A stretch of DNA of 40,000 nucleotides, taken from NCBI GenBank assembly GCA_948745425.1, contig CAPZDM010000008.1, positions 1 to 40,000 of the forward strand. The letters are read 5' to 3'. This DNA comes from an uncultured Clostridia bacterium (lineage in GTDB: Bacteria; Bacillota; Clostridia; TANB77; CAG-508). Of this stretch, positions 16,300-24,575 are shown piece by piece. The translations under genes and the position numbers were made by a program. The notes under the pieces are model-generated. The model ran no database searches, had not been told where the DNA came from, and was given only the letters and a program-made list of their open reading frames with translations. Numbering within the stretch: position 1 is the stretch's first letter; each line of letters opens with the position of its first letter.

Positions 16300-17724
16300 A
16301 TGAAAAGTAAAATTTTAAAAATTAGTTTTGTACTATTAAGTATATTACTGATAATTCCATCAATTATATATTTAATATCAAATAAAACAATAATGGGGTT
16401 TGATATATATTTTAATTTCTTTCTTAATAATAATATAAATAAAGTTATATCAACTGCAATTTTTCTAGTATTATTTATACTATTAACAATAATTTATTTT
16501 ATTATTTATAAAATTGATTGTTTTAAAAATATCAAAAGGATACTAATATTTATTACTCTAATTGGCATTATATTTATGGTAATGTTACCTTGGACAAGTT
16601 CAGATATATTTTATTATATGGGCGTAGGAGAATTAGATGCCAGATATAATCAAAATCCGTACTATGTTACAATGAGAGAATACTATATACAAAATGAGGA
16701 AAATCTAGATGATGATATATTATTGCAAGGTGCAACAAATTATTGGGGAAATACAACAGTAGTATATGGACCAATAGCACAATTATTCTTTAAAATTTGT
16801 TCATTCTTATCAATGAAAAACATTACTATAGCATTATTCATGTTTAAACTCGTTAATTTATTAATACATATAATAAATACTTATCTATTTTATAAGATTA
16901 GTGGAAAAAAGAAATTTGCAATTATGTATGGATTAAATCCTTTCATATTTATAGAGGCGATAGCAAATGTACACAATGATATAATAATATTATTTTTCAT
17001 TTTACTATCATTATATTTTCTTCTAAAGCGAAAAAACTTACTACTTAGTATAGTTGCTCTGGCATTAGCTACAGGAGTTAAATATTTTACTATATTATTA
17101 TTACCAGTATTAATACTGTATCACTTTAGAACAGAAAAAAGACTAAGTATAAGATTTCTAAGATGTATACAATATGGAGTGATCTTTCTAGTAATATTTG
17201 CTATTGAATATGTGTTGTATTTTAATGATTATCAAATATTACTAGCAATGATGGTACAGACTTCAAGATGGTCATGTTCAATTTATTCAGTTATAATACA
17301 ATATAATATAGAATTGTTTACAGTAATTAGAGCTTTATTTATAGTAATATTTCTTATATATTATGCAGTAATGTGTATAAATTTATTAACAGAAAAAAAC
17401 ATAAAATTTTATAAGTTAATAAGAAAATACAATATAGCATTAATGTTATTTTTATTAATATTAACAAATTTTCATCAATGGTATTTAATATGGCTATTTG
17501 CAACAATAATATGGCAAAAGCCAAACACAATAAGAAACATTATAGGCTTAAGTTTATGTACAGAAATTGCTAATAGTGCATATATGTTTTTATATGAATC
17601 ATATAAATTTGATAAATACTTTGTTGGAGCAATAATTGTACTATTTATTATATGGAAAATTGTAACAAATAAGGAAAGCGTGAAAAATTTGCGAAGCAAA
17701 TTTTGCTCGCATCTTAAAATATAA
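16300..17724 (+). CDS. Second polytopic GT-C-like membrane glycosyltransferase (DUF2029/GT87-like)
   Basis: 474 aa with at least 10 hydrophobic segments. Early loop WTSSDIFYYMGVGE resembles the polyprenol-P-sugar-dependent transferase loop motif. Confidence 0.6.
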   Translation: MKSKILKISFVLLSILLIIPSIIYLISNKTIMGFDIYFNFFLNNNINKVISTAIFLVLFILLTIIYFIIYKIDCFKNIKRILIFITLIGIIFMVMLPWTSSDIFYYMGVGELDARYNQNPYYVTMREYYIQNEENLDDDILLQGATNYWGNTTVVYGPIAQLFFKICSFLSMKNITIALFMFKLVNLLIHIINTYLFYKISGKKKFAIMYGLNPFIFIEAIANVHNDIIILFFILLSLYFLLKRKNLLLSIVALALATGVKYFTILLLPVLILYHFRTEKRLSIRFLRCIQYGVIFLVIFAIEYVLYFNDYQILLAMMVQTSRWSCSIYSVIIQYNIELFTVIRALFIVIFLIYYAVMCINLLTEKNIKFYKLIRKYNIALMLFLLILTNFHQWYLIWLFATIIWQKPNTIRNIIGLSLCTEIANSAYMFLYESYKFDKYFVGAIIVLFIIWKIVTNKESVKNLRSKFCSHLKI

Positions 17725-17785
17725 TGAAATTTCAAAAATAGAAATGAAATTTCTTATATTTGAAGATAGGAAAGAAGGGACTGGA

Positions 17786-18832
17786 ATGAAATTACTAATG
17801 CATACATGTTGTGCACCATGTAGTGTGTACTGCATAGATAGTTTAAGAAAAGAAGAAATTGAACCAACAGTATATTGGTATAATCCTAATATACACCCAT
17901 ACATAGAATATAAAACAAGAAGAGATACTTTGAGAGAATATACAAAAAGTATAGGCATAGAAGCGGTATTTCATGAAGAATATGGTTTAGATGAGTTCTG
18001 TAAAAATGTAGTATGTGATTTACAAAATAGATGTGTAAGCTATTGTTATAGAGTAAGATTAGGAGATACAGCAAAATATGCAAAGCAAAACGGATATGAT
18101 ACAATTAGTACAACATTATTAGTAAGCCCTTATCAAAAACATGAATATATACATGAGTTAGGGGATAAAATTGCAAAAGAATATGGATTAGAATTTTTAT
18201 ATAGAGACTTTAGAGTAGGCTTTAGAGAAGGACAAGCAAAAGCAAGAGAATTAGGTTTGTATATGCAGAAATATTGTGGATGTGTATTTTCAGAGGAAAG
18301 TAGATATAATTGCCACAGTCCAGAAAAGCCAGAATTACCAGAGGGTTATGAGCTTCCTAGTAGAACGAATATACAAGTAAAAAAGATAGAAAATAAAGAA
18401 GAGTACATAGACCTATTATTAGAAGCAGATCCTTCAAAAGATATGATTTCTAAGTATTTGAACGATTCTGATGTGTATGGATTAAAAGTAGATGAAGAAA
18501 TAGTAACACTTGCAGTAATTTGCACTATTTCCAAAGATACATTAGAATTAAAAAATTTAGTTACCAAAGAAGAATATAGAAATAAAGGATATGCTAAAAA
18601 ATTATTAAAGTCATTATGTGGTAATTATAAACAGAAATATAACAATATGATAGTTGGAACAACAGAGAACAATATTCCATTCTATGTAAAACAAGGATTT
18701 GATAAATATGAGAAAACAATAAAGAAATTCTTTATAGATAATTATAAAGAAGAAATATGGGATGGAGATTTACATTGTACTGATTTAATATATTATTCAA
18801 AAGATTTAAAGAAGATAAATAAATGTAACTAG
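17786..18832 (+). CDS. queH: Epoxyqueuosine reductase QueH (DUF208) fused to a C-terminal GNAT acetyltransferase domain
   Basis: MHTCCAPCS ... YCGC, typical of QueH over about the first 180 aa. After a Pro/Glu linker comes a GNAT-like domain (LKNLVTKEEYRNKGYAKKLL). Start set at MKLLMHTCC. The track start 17744 is an upstream extension. Confidence 0.8.
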   Translation: MKLLMHTCCAPCSVYCIDSLRKEEIEPTVYWYNPNIHPYIEYKTRRDTLREYTKSIGIEAVFHEEYGLDEFCKNVVCDLQNRCVSYCYRVRLGDTAKYAKQNGYDTISTTLLVSPYQKHEYIHELGDKIAKEYGLEFLYRDFRVGFREGQAKARELGLYMQKYCGCVFSEESRYNCHSPEKPELPEGYELPSRTNIQVKKIENKEEYIDLLLEADPSKDMISKYLNDSDVYGLKVDEEIVTLAVICTISKDTLELKNLVTKEEYRNKGYAKKLLKSLCGNYKQKYNNMIVGTTENNIPFYVKQGFDKYEKTIKKFFIDNYKEEIWDGDLHCTDLIYYSKDLKKINKCN

Positions 18833-18900
18833 TAATTTATAGTTTTGTAAATAAAATAATAATTTAATTGACAATAAAAATGTTTAAGGAGGGATTTGCT

Positions 18901-19709
18901 ATGTATAAATTGGTTGCAATTTATGTTGATGGAACCTTAGTAAATGATGATAAGAAATTAACGCAGAAAACAATAGATTCTATAAAAAAAGCAAGTCAAA
19001 AAAATATTAAAATTGTAATTTCTAGTGCAAGATCATTTTATAGACTAAAAGATTATCTAGGACAATTAGAACTAATAAAAGATAACCAATATACAATATG
19101 TTTTAATGGCGCTGTAATTATTGAAAATAAAAATCAAGAAATAATGTTATCAAATAAGTTTGATGTAGAAGAGATATGGGAATTAATAAATTTAGCAGGA
19201 AAATTCAAAACTTCTATTTTTTTATATTCAATGAATAATGTGTTTGTAGAGGAAGTACCTAGAATTATAGAAACCAGTAGAAGCTTTAAAAACGTAAAAT
19301 TGGATTTAATAAAATTTGAAGATATAAATTTTATTAAAAATAATATATATAAAATTCTTTTTGTAAATGATTATGATAAAATAACAGAAATCAGAAAAAA
19401 ATCCCAAAGGAGTTTTTACAGAAATATGAAATTACAAGTAGTATTCCAAAGTATATAGAATTTGTAAAAAAAGGAATCACAAAGTCTAAATCATTACAAT
19501 TTATATGTGAAAAATGTAATATAGAAAAATCAGGAGTAATTGCTATAGGAGATGCAGATAATGATTTAGAAATGATTAATTTTGCAGGTTTAGGTGTTGC
19601 AATGGGGAATGCAACAGATTCATTAAAAGAAAAAGCAGATTATATAACAAATTCAAATAATGATGATGGTATTGCAAATGTTATAGAAAAATATATATTA
19701 AAAATATAA
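18901..19709 (+). pseudogene. Cof-type HAD phosphatase, frameshifted and lacking the nucleophile Asp
   Basis: Motif I reads YVDGT rather than DxDGT (TAT at 18922-18924). The frame breaks in the A7 run 19395-19401. The downstream frame encodes IPKEFLQKYEITSSIPKYIEFVKKG...GDADNDLEM...GVAMGNA through TAA 19707-19709. Confidence 0.75.
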
Positions 19710-19749
19710 ATTGTGGCACCATTGGTGAGACAATTTGAAAAGGAGAATT

Positions 19750-20769
19750 ATGAATAGTTTAGAAAATCTAAGAGATTTAATTATCTATCAAAGTCAAAAC
19801 AATGAAAATATTTCTATTGAAGTATTATATGATAATGAGGATTTTTGGTTAACTCAAAAATCAATGTCAAAATTATTCAATGTAGAAGTTAATACAATAA
19901 ATTATCACTTAAAAGAAATCTTTGAAACTCATGAGTTGGAAGAAAATCGAACTATTCGAAAAATTAGAACAGTTCAAAAAGAGGGAAATAGAGAGGTTTC
20001 AAGAGAATTAGCATTTTATAGTTTAGATGCAATTATTGCTGTTGGCTATAGAGTTAATTCTAAAGAAGCTACTGATTTTAGAATTTGGGCAACTAATACA
20101 TTAAAAGAATTTATAAAAAAAGGATTTGTTTTAAATGATGAATTTTTAAAAAATGGTCCAAAGTTTGGTAAAGACTATTTCAAAGAATTATTAGAAAGAA
20201 TTCGTTCAATTAGAACAAGTGAACGTAGAATATGGCAACAAGTAACAGATATATTTGCAGAATGTAGTATTGATTATGATAAAGATTCTGAAATAACACA
20301 TAAGTTTTATGCTACAGTTCAAAATAAATTCCACTTTGCAATTACTGGAAATACTGCTGCTGAAATAATATATAATAAGGCAGACCATAAAAAAGAGAAT
20401 ATGGGACTAACAACTTGGAAAAATTCTCCAGATGGTAGAATATTAAGATCAGATGTAATGATTGCAAAAAATTACTTGAATGAAAAACAAATAAAACGTC
20501 TTGAAAGAGCTATATCAGGATACTTTGATTATATAGAAGATTTAGTAGAAAGAGAAAATACTTTTACAATGGATGAATTTGCTAAAAGTATTAATGAATT
20601 TTTGGAATTTAGAAGATATGACATTTTACAAGATAATGGTAAAATATCAAGAAGAGAAGCGGAAGAAAAAGCAGAAAAAGAATACATAGAATTTAACAAA
20701 ACACAAAAAATAACTTCGGACTTTGATAAATTATTATTGGAAAGTAAAAAGTTAGAAAATAAAATATAA
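19750..20769 (+). CDS. RhuM-family protein (paralog 1)
   Basis: WLTQKSMSKLF, AVGYRVNS..ATDFRIWAT, VQNKFHFAITGNTAAEII, typical of the RhuM 'virulence protein' family. RBS AAGGAG. The track start 19735 (TTG) is an extension. Confidence 0.8.
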   Translation: MNSLENLRDLIIYQSQNNENISIEVLYDNEDFWLTQKSMSKLFNVEVNTINYHLKEIFETHELEENRTIRKIRTVQKEGNREVSRELAFYSLDAIIAVGYRVNSKEATDFRIWATNTLKEFIKKGFVLNDEFLKNGPKFGKDYFKELLERIRSIRTSERRIWQQVTDIFAECSIDYDKDSEITHKFYATVQNKFHFAITGNTAAEIIYNKADHKKENMGLTTWKNSPDGRILRSDVMIAKNYLNEKQIKRLERAISGYFDYIEDLVERENTFTMDEFAKSINEFLEFRRYDILQDNGKISRREAEEKAEKEYIEFNKTQKITSDFDKLLLESKKLENKI

Positions 20770-20938
20770 AATAGTATAATATTTTGATAAAAATAAGTAG
20801 GGTATAATTAATAACCACAAAATTAAAAAAACACACTTATATAAAGTGTTTTACTAATTTTTGAATACCCTTGAAAATAAAGTAATTACAAAGAAAAATT
20901 GCTTACAAATACAGAAAAATCAACTATTTTAAGGAGTA

Positions 20939-21820
20939 ATGACAGGACACACAAATTTGAGCAGTTAAATAGGAATAGTTCAGAACGGAGACCGATATGC
21001 CAATCATATAGCTAAGGATAAAGAAAGATTTATAAAATAAAGACATTAATATAATTCTATGTGTAGATGATGTAAAAATAAAATGTTGTAAACCTGAAAT
21101 TTTTAGAGCACCAGATTTTTCAGAAATATTTGTCGGACATAGAATTGATATAGGATACAATTTAAATAATGTGGGAGACTCTTCTGCTTTAGATATAGAT
21201 GCTAAATGCACATTAAAAATGTATTATAATTTAGATAAAAGCACATATAAAACTTTTGATCTAACAGATAAAATGTTTATAAAAATTAAGAAAGGAATTA
21301 TATTGTTTGAAACATGTCATAGAAACATAAATATACTTAAATGTAACGGTAAAAGTAAAATAGGAAGTGTGACATGTATTGCCAATGAAACAACAAAAGC
21401 TATTTTCCTAGAATCATTATTGAAAAAAAGAGAGATATAGAAAGACCAATTATTGAAATTGTTATATATTATAAAAATTTGACAGGTGGATATTTTAAAT
21501 ATAAAACAGAATTTGAGATTATTGCATCAAAGCACAAAAAACAAGTAATTGAATTTATAAAAATTATAAACAATTTAGATAATAAAAACTTAAAACAAAT
21601 AAAAGAAAATATTAACTTATTGAAAATCGGAAAAGAAGATGAATTTTTTGACATTTTCGAGAAAAATGCAGATGAATTTGATGAAGAATACAAGGATTTG
21701 ACGGAAATAGAATTAATTTTAGAGGAATTACCAGAAGCACTAGAGATTAGTAATATAAGCAAAGATGAATATATTAAAAATAAAAGAAATATGCATTATG
21801 GAAAAATAATAGATGCATAA
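20939..21820 (+). pseudogene. Decayed ORF of unknown family, read across three frame segments
   Basis: An ATG with AAGGAG at 20939 runs into an in-frame TAA at 20966-20968. Reading continues in the same frame to 21040, shifts at the A4 run 21034-21037 into the frame of track ORF 21171..21440, then shifts at the A7 run 21423-21429 into track ORF 21479..21820. Neither track ORF has an ATG start or an RBS. Confidence 0.4.
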
Positions 21821-21919
21821 AAACTGATTTAAAAACATTTAACATTAATTATCAATAATAGTAAAATGAAAGAATCGTATAAAGAATAAAATTACTAATT
21901 AAGGAATGGAGGAAAAAGT

Positions 21920-22915
21920 TTGAATAATAAATTATTAGAAAACAATAATGACATTATAATATATACAACTGATGATGGACAAGTTAAGATAGAAGTAAGG
22001 CTTGAAGATGAAAATGTTTGGCTTACACAAAATGCTATGGCAGAATTATTTGATACAACGAAACAAAATATAAGTCTACACATAAAAAATATTTTTGAAG
22101 AAAGAGAACTGAGTGAAAATTCAGTTGTCAAGGAAAACTTGACAACTGCTTCAGATGGTAAAAATTACAAAACAAAATTTTATAATTTAGATTTAATTAT
22201 ATCAGTTGGATATCGTGTAAAGTCAATTCGTGGTACGCAATTTAGAATATGGGCCAATAAATTAATAAAAGAATATCTAATAAAAGGATATAACTTGAAT
22301 GTAGATAGATTTAAAAATAACGGTGGTGGAGTATATTTTGAAGAAGTACTAGAAAAAATTAGAGATATTCGTTCATCAGAAAAAGTATTTTGGAGAAAAG
22401 TATTAGATATTTATGCTACAAGTATTGATTATGACGCAAAAGATGAAAAAACAAAAGAATTTTTTAAAACTGTCCAAAATAAAATGCATTACGCAGTTCA
22501 CGGAAATACAGCAGCAGAGGTGATTTTTAACAGGGTAGATAGTGAAAAGGAGAATATTGGATTAACTAATTTTAGAGGGAATAGTCCTACAAGAGCAGAA
22601 ACAGAAATCGCAAAAAATTATTTATCAAAAAAAGAATTAGACTTATTAAATAGAATGGTATCAGCTTATTTAGATGTAGCAGAAATTAATGCTTTAAATA
22701 TGCATCCTATGACAATGAAAGATTGGATAAAAGAACTAGATGGATTTTTAACTATGACACATAAAGAAATATTAGAAGGTGTGGGAAAAATATCTCATGA
22801 AAAGGCATTAGAAAAAGCACATGAAGAATATGATAAATATATGAAAACTCATTTAACTCAAGCAGAAAAAGATTATCTTGAAATTATGGGAGAAGATATT
22901 AAAAAATTAAATTAG
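21920..22915 (+). CDS. RhuM-family protein (paralog 2)
   Basis: TTG start 7 nt after GGAGG (21908-21912). WLTQNAMAELF, SVGYRVKS..GTQFRIWAN, VQNKMHYAVHGNTAAEVI. By eye it is well under half identical to paralog 1. Confidence 0.8.
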   Translation: MNNKLLENNNDIIIYTTDDGQVKIEVRLEDENVWLTQNAMAELFDTTKQNISLHIKNIFEERELSENSVVKENLTTASDGKNYKTKFYNLDLIISVGYRVKSIRGTQFRIWANKLIKEYLIKGYNLNVDRFKNNGGGVYFEEVLEKIRDIRSSEKVFWRKVLDIYATSIDYDAKDEKTKEFFKTVQNKMHYAVHGNTAAEVIFNRVDSEKENIGLTNFRGNSPTRAETEIAKNYLSKKELDLLNRMVSAYLDVAEINALNMHPMTMKDWIKELDGFLTMTHKEILEGVGKISHEKALEKAHEEYDKYMKTHLTQAEKDYLEIMGEDIKKLN

Positions 22916-22927
22916 AAGGAGTAGAAT

Positions 22928-23461
22928 ATGAAAGAAAACGAAGTAAAAACAAAAACAGATGAAAAGAACAAATTATATGTAAAAGGAAATGAAGAAAAAG
23001 TCACTCTAACAGAAGGACAAGCACAAACAAAGAAAAAAGAATTGGAACAAATAGCAGGTAAAAATTTAAACAAGATGAAAAAAGAAGCTAATGAGTTTAA
23101 AAAATTTATCTCTAGAGGTAATGTAGTTGATATGGCAATAGGTGTTATTGTTGGTGGAGCTTTCGGAAAAATTGTAACAAGTTTAGTAAATGATATTATT
23201 ACACCTTTAATTGGAGTAATAATTGGAGGATTAGACTTTTCAAATCTAGCATGGCAAATAAAAGACTCTAAAATAGCCTATGGTTCTTTTATTCAAACAA
23301 TAATAGACTTTTTAATTATTGCTATTTGCATTTTTACAACAGTAAGATTATTTGAAAAATTAAAACATGAAGAAAAAAAGGAAAAAGCAGAAGAACCACC
23401 CAAAAAAAGTGAAGAAGTGCAACTCCTAGAAGAGATTAGGGATTTATTGAAAAAGGAGTAA
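22928..23461 (+). CDS. mscL: Large-conductance mechanosensitive channel MscL with an N-terminal extension of about 50 aa
   Basis: FKKFISRGNVVDMAIGVIVGGAFGKIV..L..DIITPLIG is the MscL core. The strong RBS AAGGAG serves the 22928 start. The internal Met (23075) has no RBS. Confidence 0.85.
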   Translation: MKENEVKTKTDEKNKLYVKGNEEKVTLTEGQAQTKKKELEQIAGKNLNKMKKEANEFKKFISRGNVVDMAIGVIVGGAFGKIVTSLVNDIITPLIGVIIGGLDFSNLAWQIKDSKIAYGSFIQTIIDFLIIAICIFTTVRLFEKLKHEEKKEKAEEPPKKSEEVQLLEEIRDLLKKE

Positions 23462-23476
23462 AATAGGAGGATAAGA

Positions 23477-23929
23477 ATGTTAAAAGTATTATTTGTATGT
23501 CTAGGAAATATATGTAGATCTCCAATGGCAGAATATATATTTAAAGATATGGTAAAAAGACAGGGAATAGAACAAATCTATATTGACTCTGCTGCAACAA
23601 GCAGTGAAGAAATAGGAAATAATATTCATTATGGAACTAGAAATAAATTAAAAGAAATGAATATAGAGTATGGAAATCATCTGGCTAGACAGATAACAAA
23701 GCAAGATTATGAGAAATTTGATTATATAATAGGTATGGAAGAAAAAAATATAAAAGATATAAAGAAAATAGTAGGAAAAGACCCTGAAAATAAAATTCAT
23801 AGATTACTAGATTTTTCTAAAAATCCAAGAGATATAGCAGACCCATGGTATACTGGAAATTTTGATAAAACTTATGATGATATTGTGGAAGGATTAAGTG
23901 CGTTTTTGGAACATTTAAAGAACATATAG
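23477..23929 (+). CDS. Low-molecular-weight protein-tyrosine phosphatase
   Basis: VLFVCLGNICRSPMAE (CX5R P-loop) and the DPWY Asp loop. Confidence 0.9.
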   Translation: MLKVLFVCLGNICRSPMAEYIFKDMVKRQGIEQIYIDSAATSSEEIGNNIHYGTRNKLKEMNIEYGNHLARQITKQDYEKFDYIIGMEEKNIKDIKKIVGKDPENKIHRLLDFSKNPRDIADPWYTGNFDKTYDDIVEGLSAFLEHLKNI

Positions 23930-23958
23930 AATAGAGAAATAAAAGAAAAGGAGTAAGT

Positions 23959-24483
23959 ATGGACAATATAATATATGTTTTTCAGAATAAAGATAACAGA
24001 TGGATATTAAAGTTTCCAAAATGCAATATTGAAGTAAGTGCATATATAGGAAAAAATTCTGTAACAAAAGATAAAAAAGAAGGTGATGGGAAAACAACTT
24101 TAGGTAAATTTGAATTAGGTATAATATTAGGCAAACCTACAAATATAAACAATAAAAGTGGTCTAAAATATAGGCAAATAACTAAAGATATGTATTGGGT
24201 TGATGATTCTAAATCTAAATATTATAATCAATTGGTAGATATATCAAAAGTTAAAAAAGACTGGAATTCAGCAGAACATTTAATAGATTATCCAATACAA
24301 TATGAATATTTAATAGAAATTAAAACAAATCCTGATAATATTAAAGGAAAAGGTAGTGCAATATTTTTGCATTGCTCTAATGATAGAGAAACAGCAGGTT
24401 GTATAGCGATAGATAGAGATACTATGAAAAAAATAATAGAAAATATAGATACATATACTAAAATAGAAATATTAAAAACATAA
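23959..24483 (+). CDS. YkuD-like L,D-transpeptidase catalytic-domain protein (no signal peptide)
   Basis: GSAIFLHCSNDRETAGCIAI matches the His...Gly-Cys catalytic signature of the YkuD fold. Confidence 0.65.
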   Translation: MDNIIYVFQNKDNRWILKFPKCNIEVSAYIGKNSVTKDKKEGDGKTTLGKFELGIILGKPTNINNKSGLKYRQITKDMYWVDDSKSKYYNQLVDISKVKKDWNSAEHLIDYPIQYEYLIEIKTNPDNIKGKGSAIFLHCSNDRETAGCIAIDRDTMKKIIENIDTYTKIEILKT

Positions 24484-24575
24484 AATCTAAAGAAGTATTA
24501 CTCACCTAAAAATGAGTTGCTAATTATATTATTTTATGATATTATATCAATACTATATAAAAATTAGGAGATAAA

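Noticed and set aside
20833-20852. ACACTT-ATATA-AAGTGT hairpin plus TTT after RhuM paralog 1, considered as a terminator.
   Set aside because: The stem is only 6 bp and the T-run is short, which is too weak to call as a feature.
20924-21211. Minus-strand 95-aa ORF in the inter-RhuM region.
   Set aside because: It has no RBS and is hydrophobic and low-complexity. It overlaps the plus-strand decayed ORF, which gives a more coherent reading.
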